A stretch of 64,000 nucleotides of DNA from Eubacteriales bacterium (GCA_045633625.1 JAZQYP010000034.1:4530-68529); one strand, 5' to 3'; counted from the first letter of the stretch, positions 1 to 9,465 are shown. Notes: generated from the sequence alone by a model not told the origin. Numbers and translations: made by a program.

Positions 1-479
1 AACGTCAAGAAGATTTGGATCGAATTGAAAAAGAACGAAAAGAAGAAGAACGAAAAAAATATGTTCCTTTTATTAATTTTTATACAAATAAAGTTTTTAT
101 ACCTGACCACACAGTATATGTATCCAGCTTAAATTTTTCAGAAACTTCTAAAGAAAAAAAGTTCTTTATTGACTCTTTCTTTTTAAAGAATACAGATTTC
201 ACACCATTTTGTTTAGCTGGAATTTATTTTAATAATCATATTGCTATATGCCAACCTGCTGCATATATCGATAAGCAATGGATAGTAGAAATACGTCTTG
301 ATGAACATTTGATTTTATCGGAAGATTTATTTGCTTTAGGTATTTGTGCGAGAGATTTATTAGGCAATGAATATAGGATACCATTAGATTATAGTCTTAC
401 CGTGGATGAAAACCAGAATACTATTATCATACTTAAAGGTAGTTATTTAGCAGAGCACATAGAAAAAAAGCAAGTGTAA
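1..479 (+). CDS. Hypothetical protein, 5'-truncated by the window edge (AT-rich, probably cargo of an upstream cassette)
   Basis: Frame is open from base 3 to TAA at 477-479; markedly AT-rich codons; no recognisable motif. Confidence 0.6.
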   Translation, partial: RQEDLDRIEKERKEEERKKYVPFINFYTNKVFIPDHTVYVSSLNFSETSKEKKFFIDSFFLKNTDFTPFCLAGIYFNNHIAICQPAAYIDKQWIVEIRLDEHLILSEDLFALGICARDLLGNEYRIPLDYSLTVDENQNTIIILKGSYLAEHIEKKQV

Positions 480-674
480 TTAAGTTGAAAATAAAGACAC
501 ATAACCTTTTCCCATCATCATTGTATCAATTTGCGTGGTTCACGAAAAAGTTGCAAATGATTTATTCAAAAACCGTGTACAAAAACATCCAAACACGATA
601 TAATGCATTCAGCAAAACTTAAAGTGATGTGTTCAGACAGGTAAGATTTTGCAATGTAATTATCTAAATACTGC

Positions 675-703
675 TTGATTTACAAGGCTTTATATGATAT
701 AAT
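675..703 (+). promoter_or_regulatory. sigmaA-type promoter in repeat copy 1
   Basis: TTGATT-17 bp-TATAAT with extended -10 (TGn); conserved in copy 2. Confidence 0.65.
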
Positions 704-737
704 AATCTCATCCCCAAAGCTATAAAGCCTCTAATGC

Positions 738-830
738 GTTGAGATGATGGGACTTATCGGCGCTGGTAACAACCCCATGGTCGGAATGACCGTTGCAGTT
801 GCAGTTGCTATCGAAGAGGCAAGCAAGTAA
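738..830 (+). pseudogene. Displaced 3' fragment (30 codons plus stop) of a GGGtGRT-family gene
   Basis: Translates VEMMGLIGAGNNPMVGMTVAVAVAIEEASK*, which I recognise as the C-terminus of GGGtGRT proteins (...AHVEMMGLIGxGNNPMVG); no RBS or upstream coding continuity. Confidence 0.8.
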
Positions 831-850
831 GCCTTGATTCATAAGGCTTC

Positions 851-900
851 GTAGGGTCGATTCACGAATCGACCGCGGGGCATTCGTGAATGCCCCCTAC
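851..900. repeat. REPIN-like doublet: two inverted 25-bp GTAG-type REP palindromes
   Basis: GTAGGGTCGATTCACGAATCGACCG followed by the reverse complement of GTAGGGGGCATTCACGAATGCCCCG; compensatory stem changes. Confidence 0.75.
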
Positions 901-911
901 AAATCATAAAT

Positions 912-967
912 AAAAAAGTTGGACACATCATAAACGTTTTTTCGTTCGTGATGTGTTCAACTTTTTT
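912..967. repeat. Inverted-repeat site IR-1 (AAAAAAGTTGGACACATCA-N18-TGATGTGTTCAACTTTTTT); may double as a bidirectional terminator
   Basis: Near-perfect 19-bp arms; recurs at 9409 and 10194. Confidence 0.9.
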
Positions 968-973
968 ATATAC

Positions 974-2944
974 TTAATCCTTAACTAACATGTAGTACAT
1001 CGAGCGCGCGGTGTTGCCCAGCTTGAATTTAAGCTTTCCGTCACTCTCCACGGCAGGTATTGCACCAATGTAGTATCCCTCGGCGCTGATAGACCAGATC
1101 TTGAGGTTTTTAACGCTTGTGCTAAGCTCGATCTCGACCTCGATATTCTCAATGGTAATAGGTCCATGACCAACATCAACTACCACCTCGCCGTCAAACT
1201 TTGCTTCGGTGTTCATAGCCTTTCCAACAGTTGTGAGAAGTATATTATCAGAGCTTGATATCGGTTCTTTTGTAAGTGAGCTCATAGCTATGACGGCAAA
1301 CTTTGTATCGCATTTTATCTTAAGCCCGTCAAGCTCTATTTCTCCGTTTTGAGCGAGAAATCCGTATGCACATTTAGTCATAGGAGTATCTATCGTTCCG
1401 AAATTTTTCTCCCAATCTCTATAAAGCTCGCCCGTATCAGAGCTTGCCGATCCATTCTCTGCCTCGGTTGGCAATATTTCAAGGCCGTCGCTTTCATCAA
1501 ACGAGGAAACTATCTTATGTCTGTCAACTTGTGTTTCGAGGGATGCAAGGTCAAACTTCAAGGGATCGGTCACAGGAAGCTTATAAATCATGTCGCTCTC
1601 CCTTACATCACCACGACGCATAATAAGCGCCGCGTGGTAAAACAGTCCAAATCTTGCAGGATCGTTCCACGTCATATATACACCCTGACGGTACGGAACG
1701 CCCATCATCATAGGTGACGAAAGCTCTTCACCGAGCTTATTGACTCTCTCAAGTTTTCTCATATAAGAATAGGTATGTATCGAAAAGCCCGACCAGCCCT
1801 GAAACGCACCTACTGCCGCCGCATAGAGCACCGCATCTGCGCGATAGGCATCGGGCCACTGTGAGCACCATTCGGAAATATACGTTGGGTGGTCGATATC
1901 CGAAATACAAGCCGTCTTATGCAAGAAAGAAGCTCTCTCACGGCAGACCGATATATTCGGCATACTTCTCTCAAATTCCTTCCAACAGCCGAGTGTTGCA
2001 GGTGAGAATAGATATGCGTGGTTATCTATAAAGTCACAAGTAAGCTGTGCTATATGGTGCGCAGGATTTCTATACCAATTAGTACCGGCGATGGGAATCT
2101 TTACACCGATCGAGCGCAAATGCTCACGCATTTCGGCATAGTATCTTGTCTCAAGATCACTCTTAAAATTCACGTAATCTATATCATCATTATCAAAAGG
2201 ATCTATCTCTTCGGGGTTGCGTTCAATTCCCTTCTCACAAAGCCACTTGCGAAAGAGCTCAATAAATTCGCTTCTGTAAGGCTCAATATAGCCGTCAGGA
2301 AATCTCTTTCTGTAATTTGAAAAGAGATCGCTTTCGTTAGCTATCTCACAAAGCACAAAAGCAGGGTCGTCACAGTATTTTAGCGAGGTATAGGGATTAA
2401 AATGCGTCCAAAGCTCGGTGGCATACTCCTTTTGAAGCTCAATAAGCTTATGTGAGAAGCTGCTGAATGGACTCGACCCAAAAAGATGTGCGTTCTCTAC
2501 CCCTTCTTCCTCGTGGAATTTTCTATGCACCAGAAGATCGAGATAGACGTATATTCCTTCATTTTTAAGACAGCTTACAAAATAGTCGAGTCTGTCCATC
2601 GACTCATCGCAAAGGTGTGCATTCGTTATTCTCTTGCCTCTCTCAAAAGCAAAAATATTTGGAACCTGCCCCTCGGAGTCAAGCTGATGAAGCCTTACTA
2701 TATTTATTCCTACTTTTGCAAGTCGATGAGCAAGCTTTCTTGCATAATCGTGCTCGGGAAAGCACGCCATTCCATTCATACACGTACCCCAGAATTTTGC
2801 GATCGTGCCGTCCTCAAAAACAAATCTTCTACCCTCGGCACGTATAAAACCGTGCTTACCCGCAGGCTTTTCGTCCCCAAATACAAACGAGATATCTATT
2901 GGCATATCATCGTGATAAAATGGATAAGGAATGTATGTTGACAT
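974..2944 (-). CDS. Clan GH-A (GH5-like) glycoside hydrolase, cytoplasmic
   Basis: GINIVRLHQ, YVYLDL, acid/base motif EIANE, nucleophile-like ISEW; no signal peptide. Confidence 0.75.
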   Translation of the reverse strand: MSTYIPYPFYHDDMPIDISFVFGDEKPAGKHGFIRAEGRRFVFEDGTIAKFWGTCMNGMACFPEHDYARKLAHRLAKVGINIVRLHQLDSEGQVPNIFAFERGKRITNAHLCDESMDRLDYFVSCLKNEGIYVYLDLLVHRKFHEEEGVENAHLFGSSPFSSFSHKLIELQKEYATELWTHFNPYTSLKYCDDPAFVLCEIANESDLFSNYRKRFPDGYIEPYRSEFIELFRKWLCEKGIERNPEEIDPFDNDDIDYVNFKSDLETRYYAEMREHLRSIGVKIPIAGTNWYRNPAHHIAQLTCDFIDNHAYLFSPATLGCWKEFERSMPNISVCRERASFLHKTACISDIDHPTYISEWCSQWPDAYRADAVLYAAAVGAFQGWSGFSIHTYSYMRKLERVNKLGEELSSPMMMGVPYRQGVYMTWNDPARFGLFYHAALIMRRGDVRESDMIYKLPVTDPLKFDLASLETQVDRHKIVSSFDESDGLEILPTEAENGSASSDTGELYRDWEKNFGTIDTPMTKCAYGFLAQNGEIELDGLKIKCDTKFAVIAMSSLTKEPISSSDNILLTTVGKAMNTEAKFDGEVVVDVGHGPITIENIEVEIELSTSVKNLKIWSISAEGYYIGAIPAVESDGKLKFKLGNTARSMYYMLVKD

Positions 2945-2956
2945 ATTTTTTCTCCT

Positions 2957-4186
2957 TTATTTTGTTAGTGCAAATTCCATTTGTGCAAGTATTCTCATAG
3001 GATCATCGGCAAACAATTCCTCGGCAAGCAAGGACGCTTCAACGGGCTTTCCGTCAAATGTAGGCGGATACACGTCACCAAGAGCTAATGCCTTATCTAT
3101 CTTTTGTCCGAGGATCTTTTCTGCCAATTCATTTGTTGTTATTGCTCCGTCGGGATAGTCAAATCGACAGCCTACGTCCATCAAATTCGGTGTAGTCATA
3201 TCGGCTTTAGGCACACCTAAATGACGGCAGAAAAAGTCAGTAAGCACAAGAACATCTTCTTCCTCCCAAGAGTGTTTGGTGGCGGTGATCGATGACTCGA
3301 AATTATAGCCAGCCCCCATTTTCTCATAAACGGCACGCACCTTTCGAACAGTTTTACGAAAGAGGTCAGCAGGAAAAAGGTCGTCGTATCTTCCGTTACA
3401 AAGCATAAGCGGCTTTGGAGCAAATGCAGAATATATTTCAGGCATATCCGCAAGATGTGCAGAACCGCGAAGAAGATTACAAGCACAATGCTTTTTCTCC
3501 TTTGCGTGAACGTAGGAAAACTCAGACGGATAGCCGCAAGAAGCAACTGCCGAGAGTCGCTTATTTGTTGCTGTCAAAAAGAGCGTCAGCGTTCCGCCAC
3601 CCGAATTGCCGCAGGCTCCTATACGTGAGCTGTCAATAAAAGGCTGCTCTGCGAGCCATTCTATCCAGGCATTAGTCTCCCTGACTATCATACCTTGGAG
3701 GGTAATACCTCCAACAAGTGGAGAGATGGCATCAAGATGCCCGAACTCCTTGCGTGAGCCCTGACCGAGGTTGTCGCTCATAAGTACGGCAAAGCCCTGT
3801 GACGCAAAGCTGAAAGCCATTTTTTGATAAGCCTCATCAAGTCGCCCGTCGGTGCTGTGTCCGTTGCATATAATTATTGCGGGAAACTTTTTTTCGCTTG
3901 TATTTGGAAAAATAAGATTTGCCTCTCCGTAAGTGTTTTTAAAGGAGCCAAACTGCATAAAGCGAACACAATATCCGTTATGCTCCTCATCTTTTGAGGC
4001 AATAATTTTTATATTTGGCATCGGTATCTTGTCAAGACAGAGCATCTGTTGCGCTTCTTTTTTGATATCGTTGCGAACATCCGCTAATGCGGCATCGCGA
4101 AAGCGCTTATCAAACCGCGCCTTAGCAAATCGCCTTTCATACGAATCGAACACCCGTAAGGTATATTCAAATTTATCTGTATTCAT
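2957..4186 (-). CDS. Alpha/beta hydrolase (acetyl xylan esterase / dienelactone hydrolase-like)
   Basis: Nucleophile elbow GNSGGG, PAIIICNGH, downstream Asp (DDLFP) and His (KHSW). Confidence 0.75.
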   Translation of the reverse strand: MNTDKFEYTLRVFDSYERRFAKARFDKRFRDAALADVRNDIKKEAQQMLCLDKIPMPNIKIIASKDEEHNGYCVRFMQFGSFKNTYGEANLIFPNTSEKKFPAIIICNGHSTDGRLDEAYQKMAFSFASQGFAVLMSDNLGQGSRKEFGHLDAISPLVGGITLQGMIVRETNAWIEWLAEQPFIDSSRIGACGNSGGGTLTLFLTATNKRLSAVASCGYPSEFSYVHAKEKKHCACNLLRGSAHLADMPEIYSAFAPKPLMLCNGRYDDLFPADLFRKTVRKVRAVYEKMGAGYNFESSITATKHSWEEEDVLVLTDFFCRHLGVPKADMTTPNLMDVGCRFDYPDGAITTNELAEKILGQKIDKALALGDVYPPTFDGKPVEASLLAEELFADDPMRILAQMEFALTK

Positions 4187-4206
4187 AGCACTACCTCGTC
4201 ATTATA

Positions 4207-5256
4207 TCACATTTCCTCGGAATTTACAAACACCTTTTCCCTTACCGTCTCGCAGTATCCGCATTTTTCACAATCCTTTTTGCAAGCGGTGGTACGCTCA
4301 AACCAATCGGAAGGAAAACGGTCGTTGTCGATAACGTAAGGCGCAAAGGTAGGTCCGTGACCCGGTTCAAAGAGATCGGCGAGATTACCGTTGTAGCTTC
4401 TGCGCGCATAGGCATCGATCACCATAGCGGGAAGCGCGTGCATACGTGTTGCAAGCTTTATGCCGTCAACAAGACCATCGTAGTTATGTATATCCTCGGG
4501 TCTTATCCATGTGTTTTCTAAAAACGACGCCCAATTTTCGGGATTTTTGAGATAGCTTCTGCACCCCGATGCTCCTGCCCAAGAAAGATTTTCCTTTGTC
4601 ATAATTGACGATTCGTGCGCGACCGCATTGTCGTGGAAGGTCTGCATCGAGCAAGAACGCATACAACCGCTGTTTGCAAGAAGAGTAATTCCTTTTCCGT
4701 TACCACGCAGATATTCTGACACCCTGCCAAGTGCGTCAAGGTCTCGGTTTATGTCACGGAATATACAAAACGAATCAAAAATATGCTCAATATATTGAAT
4801 TCCTTTTATAGTCGATATACGCATATTGACCGAGGCTCTGATGTCGATATTTTTATCGTATCTGCGTACTATCTCGGCAGTTACAGGAGATGCGGTAGTT
4901 ACTATCTCCGGAGAGATATCCTTGCGGTAAAGATAATCGAGCACTGATACGACCTCGCGCTCGTGAGCAAGACTCAAAGCATCGTCTCCGTTACAGAGCG
5001 CATTAAAAAGAAGGTCTAATTTTACACCCATTCGCTTTATTTGTACAAGCTCCTCGGTAAGCATTTCGAGGGATTCAAAATCGGTATAACCGCGCACTGT
5101 CCCAAGAGGACTTCTGCCACCCGCAATACCCGGAAATGAGAAATATACCTCGCCTATCGCCTCGCGGTAAGTCTCGACGATTTTTGGAAATGGCATCTGC
5201 CCCTCACCCGTAAAGCTATGGCCTACGAGCAAGGGTGTTTTATTATTAGTCTGCAT
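4207..5256 (-). CDS. Peptidase U32-family-like Fe-S protein
   Basis: IRASVN, RDINRDL, LANSGCMRSC, WIRPED, IKLATR motifs and C-terminal CxxxCxxCxxC; start moved to the ATG at 5256 (GGAG RBS). Confidence 0.75.
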   Translation of the reverse strand: MQTNNKTPLLVGHSFTGEGQMPFPKIVETYREAIGEVYFSFPGIAGGRSPLGTVRGYTDFESLEMLTEELVQIKRMGVKLDLLFNALCNGDDALSLAHEREVVSVLDYLYRKDISPEIVTTASPVTAEIVRRYDKNIDIRASVNMRISTIKGIQYIEHIFDSFCIFRDINRDLDALGRVSEYLRGNGKGITLLANSGCMRSCSMQTFHDNAVAHESSIMTKENLSWAGASGCRSYLKNPENWASFLENTWIRPEDIHNYDGLVDGIKLATRMHALPAMVIDAYARRSYNGNLADLFEPGHGPTFAPYVIDNDRFPSDWFERTTACKKDCEKCGYCETVREKVFVNSEEM

Positions 5257-6268
5257 CTGATTCTGCTCCACCGTCTGCAATGTCAATAATATCGTCAAGG
5301 TACTTTTCATTTCCATCCTCGCTCCAATCTACCTGCCAAGGACGGCGGCGACGGAATGGCTCCTTGAACTGGTTTTTCAGAACCCCACGCGCTTCAAGGC
5401 TCATCATACAAGCGCGTGTGCAGCCGCGTGCTCCGCAGACAGCTTGACCGCTTTGATAAAGTATCTTCGGACGCTTAAAGAAAGGTGTGTGTGCGCCCCT
5501 TTTTATGTTGTCTCTGCCGGGCACGTCTATGTAGTCTCCCTTGCCAAAGTCGGTGCGCTCTCCGCCACTAAAGTAATCGTTACACTTTACTGTGTCGATC
5601 TCACCCCACTCGACCTCGTGTCCGGCAAGAGTTACCTTAACAGTCTTTGTTTCGCTAATGCAGTGACCGGGACATGCACGAACGCAAGCCATGCACTTGT
5701 TGCAAAGCTTGGGACCATCATAGATGGGATCAGGCTCAAGCTCCATTTCGGTAAGCACGACACCTATACGAACGCGGGGACCGAACTCGGGACAAAGGAA
5801 CATCTTGCTGTATCCTATCTCACCAAGTCCCGCGAGATATGCCGCGATTCGAAGATGTATCATAATGTCGGGTGCCGGTAATCCCTTTCTGACAGGAACA
5901 CTGTATTTTTTCTTGAGCTTTCCCTCATTATCTATCGCGCGCCAATCGCTCTGATGTCCTATCGGAATAGCCTCATATCCCTCGTCCTCAATATGCTTGC
6001 AAAGATTTATTACCGTCATCGGTATGTAATTATATGTAAGCCCTCCATATCCCATTGCGGAATAGTTACTGAAGAACGTTCCCTCTTCAATACCGCGCAA
6101 CGATCCCCGCATAACGCGGAAGCCCATAACTATCATACTCTTTGCCTCGGGCATAATGTATCGAGGATCCATTTGCTTAGGTGCCCCCTCAAATCGATCC
6201 ATCGAAGCTATACCTACAATATCGGCGCCAAGACTTTTTGCTAACTGCTTAATTTCTTCTTTTGTCAT
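5246..6268 (-). CDS. QueG/reductive dehalogenase-like (cobalamin, 4Fe-4S) reductase
   Basis: GADIVGIA N-terminus, AAYLAGLGEIG, PEFGPRVR, CxxCxxCxxxCP and a later CGxxGCxxxC. Confidence 0.75.
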   Translation of the reverse strand: MTKEEIKQLAKSLGADIVGIASMDRFEGAPKQMDPRYIMPEAKSMIVMGFRVMRGSLRGIEEGTFFSNYSAMGYGGLTYNYIPMTVINLCKHIEDEGYEAIPIGHQSDWRAIDNEGKLKKKYSVPVRKGLPAPDIMIHLRIAAYLAGLGEIGYSKMFLCPEFGPRVRIGVVLTEMELEPDPIYDGPKLCNKCMACVRACPGHCISETKTVKVTLAGHEVEWGEIDTVKCNDYFSGGERTDFGKGDYIDVPGRDNIKRGAHTPFFKRPKILYQSGQAVCGARGCTRACMMSLEARGVLKNQFKEPFRRRRPWQVDWSEDGNEKYLDDIIDIADGGAESDAD

Positions 6269-6288
6269 AATAAAAGTTTCCTTTCTGT

Positions 6289-7485
6289 CTATTTTGTAAA
6301 TTTCTTTGACAATTCCATAGATGCTTCTATTATCATATCAGCGGCATCGGGATAGTATGCTGTGCTCCCTTCCGCTCCGTAGCCACCTCTCGGTATAGCC
6401 TCACGGGTAGGAATATAGCTTATCCAGTCATTTGTATTACAAGTAGGTATAGTCATCTTGAAAGCGGAACCTGTTTTTATTTTTCTCCCTATCTCTCCGA
6501 ATGCCTCTCCGGGGAGACCCATAAACGCAACTTCACCAAGAGCCAAGCAACTGACTCTGGCGCTTCTCGCGCTTGCCCTGTCGCTTACCGACGGAATTAA
6601 TATTTCTTTTATCTCAAAGGAGATCTTTCCTGTCATTACAGGCTCGGCATAGGTATAAGCACTAAGGACTGCACCTGCTATGACGCGGCCTATATGCTGT
6701 ATATGCGTATAACCTCTCTTTGCGTTATAAATATCAATCGTACCCGTATCTCCCTCGGCTCCGTTAAAAAATGCTACCTTTGCACCCTTTCCATTTGCCT
6801 CATCGGAGAGGGCTTGCTCGAGTGTCAGTCTTACAAAATGAATGTAATCGGCTGAAAACTTTGTTATCGAACCAAGCGTGCAGGGATGTGTGGCAAAATT
6901 CACAATAACAACATCGTGTCCGCCGTTGCGTACGAACTTTATAAATTGAACGCTCTCGTCAGGCTCACTCTCACGGCAAATGACATCGGAATCGTCCTTT
7001 GAGGGATTCATCTTACAGGTGCCGTCCTTCATTATAAACCGTCGGACAAAGGAAACGTTTTTAGCCTCACCCCTACCGACGTACGCTTCAGCCTCTTTGA
7101 GATCGGCTATTGCAATACCCGCAGAATCTGCAACTCTCCCAAAAAAGAAATCGACGTATCTCCAATCCTTCTCGAACATAACCCCGCTTATTTCGGGGGT
7201 ATAATGCGAATGCGTACAATGGATAAACACTGCGTCACCATCCACGCCGTATCGTTCTGATATCATATTTCTTATTTTATCGTGATCGACGCGGCGCATT
7301 TCAAGTATGTCGAGCGTGATCGCAACAGCAATCCTGTCCCCGTCGGAAAATGCGACGGCAGTCGCATAAAGCCCGTCAAGAATGCCGTCCGCTATCCTCG
7401 GTTTGCCAAGACCGTTTATCACTGTCCCGAGCGGCGCCGTTATCTCAAGTCGTGAATATCCTACTTTCATATAGCTCAAACTCAA
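6289..7485 (-). CDS. Neutral/alkaline ceramidase-like metallo-amidohydrolase
   Basis: HCTHSH, NFATHP, SADY, FFNGAEGD, LPGEAF, YIPT motifs; start may be the ATG at 7470. Confidence 0.7.
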   Translation of the reverse strand: MSLSYMKVGYSRLEITAPLGTVINGLGKPRIADGILDGLYATAVAFSDGDRIAVAITLDILEMRRVDHDKIRNMISERYGVDGDAVFIHCTHSHYTPEISGVMFEKDWRYVDFFFGRVADSAGIAIADLKEAEAYVGRGEAKNVSFVRRFIMKDGTCKMNPSKDDSDVICRESEPDESVQFIKFVRNGGHDVVIVNFATHPCTLGSITKFSADYIHFVRLTLEQALSDEANGKGAKVAFFNGAEGDTGTIDIYNAKRGYTHIQHIGRVIAGAVLSAYTYAEPVMTGKISFEIKEILIPSVSDRASARSARVSCLALGEVAFMGLPGEAFGEIGRKIKTGSAFKMTIPTCNTNDWISYIPTREAIPRGGYGAEGSTAYYPDAADMIIEASMELSKKFTK

Positions 7486-8465
7486 TCATTCTTTTTGATT
7501 TTTGTAAATGTTGCAAAAGTACTTATAGCTATTATCATCGAGACGAATGCTGCGGAAAGAGATGACCCACATCCCTTGTCGGCAGCCACATTATCACTTG
7601 AAATCTCATTATTAGAAGAGTCAAGTACGGTTTCTCTCGGATCAGTTTCAGCAGGTATCACATCCTCACCCCCCGTCTCCGTATAAGGTTCCTCGGTCTC
7701 GGGTGCCTCACCGAAAGTCATTACGTGAGGAAAACGTCTGCCGTCTGCTCCCTTACCCCAAAGTTTGCCTTCAACCTCTGCGGCATCCGCAGAGGTTGCA
7801 AGTGCTTCATGCTCGCGGGGGAGTATAGTTCCAAACCATATTTCAGGATAGTCATTGGGATAGTTTTCGACATCGCGGTCATCTCTCATCATAAGAAGTA
7901 TAGAAAAAACCGTTATATCCTCAGGCTCAACGCCTATATAATCCGCAAGAGCAGTTCTTCCTATAACAAGCTCGTATACGATGGTATTTCCAATCGTTGA
8001 CGTTTCAAAAGCGTATGCCTCGTCACTTTCGGGAAAGCCTCCAAATACGTATCTTACGTAGACTCCGTCCAGAAAATCCTTTTCGTTGCAGGAAAGATAG
8101 AAGCAAATATATTCGCCGTCAAGGATTTCTCTCTCGGTAACCTCAGCTCCTATGTAGACGTAATCGTCATCATAGCTGAAATAGAGGTTAAAATTTTCAA
8201 CGTCAAGCGTTGCGGGATCAATACAAAAGAATCTGTTGTCCTCTGCGTCATTTGCGGGATTCATATCCTTGACCTCAAGGGTATATTCACCGTCCTCGAC
8301 AACTCCGTCTGCGATAGGCGGGACGGACGTTTTACCTTCGATGACCCAATGCTGCTGACCTGCATCCTCAAGCTCCATATTCGAATATTCTTCCGCAAAA
8401 GCGCAAAGAGACAAAGCAGTCGCCAAAATAGCCGCGACAATTAACGTACAGGTGAATTTTTTCAT
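7482..8465 (-). CDS. Secreted acidic protein (CBM9/DOMON-like) with a C-terminal GCGS-TM-basic anchor
   Basis: Signal peptide (AFA), PxxDGxxxxGEY and YDDDYVYIG motifs, PETE-rich linker, GCGSS plus hydrophobic helix plus KIKK. Confidence 0.65.
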   Translation of the reverse strand: MKKFTCTLIVAAILATALSLCAFAEEYSNMELEDAGQQHWVIEGKTSVPPIADGVVEDGEYTLEVKDMNPANDAEDNRFFCIDPATLDVENFNLYFSYDDDYVYIGAEVTEREILDGEYICFYLSCNEKDFLDGVYVRYVFGGFPESDEAYAFETSTIGNTIVYELVIGRTALADYIGVEPEDITVFSILLMMRDDRDVENYPNDYPEIWFGTILPREHEALATSADAAEVEGKLWGKGADGRRFPHVMTFGEAPETEEPYTETGGEDVIPAETDPRETVLDSSNNEISSDNVAADKGCGSSLSAAFVSMIIAISTFATFTKIKKND

Positions 8466-8627
8466 AAAATTTCTCCGATCTTCAAATTTATGTTTTAATT
8501 ATATACTCCAAACTGTCTGCTGTAAATTAATAAAACAAATATTTTTTTATATTTTTCAATTTTTATTCTTGTATTTATAGCGGTTTATGATATAATTATT
8601 TTCAATAAACGATTTTAGTGAGGATAT

Positions 8628-9395
8628 ATGAAAGAGATAAATTTTACAGTAACGGACGTAGCATTTGCATATGCAAGACACTATGATAAGGGACATATTT
8701 TTGTGGCAAATAAAAGACCGAAGCACGGCCTTACACTTATTACAAGCGGAGAATTTGAGATGACCATAGCCGGCAAGAAGCTCTCTGTCCCTCAAGGAAG
8801 CGTCATCATGCAGAGAAAAAATGACAGCTACAAGCTTACGTCTGTGAGCGACAGCGGAGTTGATTACATTGTAATTTCCTATGACGTAGAGCCCGAAACG
8901 GAAATTTTCTCACTTATTCCTGACAGAATATTTTTTGCCGAGCATATCGGGCGCTATATCCACGCATTTGAGAGTGCTGCGCGTTTGTTTGGATCTTGTG
9001 GAATTTGCAATAAAACCCTTTTACGCACAATAGTTCAGGAAATACTTTGCAATATTATTGATGACATCTATTCGACGCTCCTATACTCTCAAAGAAATCC
9101 CGTGGAGTATGCCAAAAGCTATATTGAACAGTATTTCAACTGCCCCTTAAGTGTTGATAATATCTCATCGGTAGTCGGACTTTCCCCCTCTTATCTGCGA
9201 ACGCTGTTCAAAAAAAGCGAGGGTGAAAGCCCTAATCACTATCTCAATCGCACAAGAATAGAGCACGCCAAAGAAATGCTACTTTCCGAGATGTTCACCA
9301 TTGAAGAGGTAGCGTCTGCCTGCGGTTTTCAAAACGTCTATTATTTCAGCCGCGTTTTTAAAAAATATACAGGAATCCCACCCGGAAAATATTAA
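8628..9395 (+). CDS. AraC-family transcriptional regulator, divergent from the cargo operon
   Basis: C-terminal AraC HTH (IEEVASACGFQNVYYFSRVFKKYTGIPP). Confidence 0.92.
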   Translation: MKEINFTVTDVAFAYARHYDKGHIFVANKRPKHGLTLITSGEFEMTIAGKKLSVPQGSVIMQRKNDSYKLTSVSDSGVDYIVISYDVEPETEIFSLIPDRIFFAEHIGRYIHAFESAARLFGSCGICNKTLLRTIVQEILCNIIDDIYSTLLYSQRNPVEYAKSYIEQYFNCPLSVDNISSVVGLSPSYLRTLFKKSEGESPNHYLNRTRIEHAKEMLLSEMFTIEEVASACGFQNVYYFSRVFKKYTGIPPGKY

Positions 9396-9408
9396 ATCAA
9401 ATCAAATT

Positions 9409-9465
9409 AAAAAAGTTGGACACATCATAAACGTTTTTTCGTTCGTGATGTGTCCAATATTTTTT
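9409..9465. repeat. Inverted-repeat site IR-2
   Basis: Same arms and identical 18-bp spacer as IR-1. Confidence 0.9.

Larger units (their letters stand above)
590..830 (+). repeat. Direct repeat copy 1 (att-like module: conserved end, promoter, GGGtGRT 3' tail)
   Basis: 672-830 matches 9695-9853 with 9 mismatches in 159 bp; weaker similarity extends to 590-660 vs 9614-9682. Confidence 0.95.
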
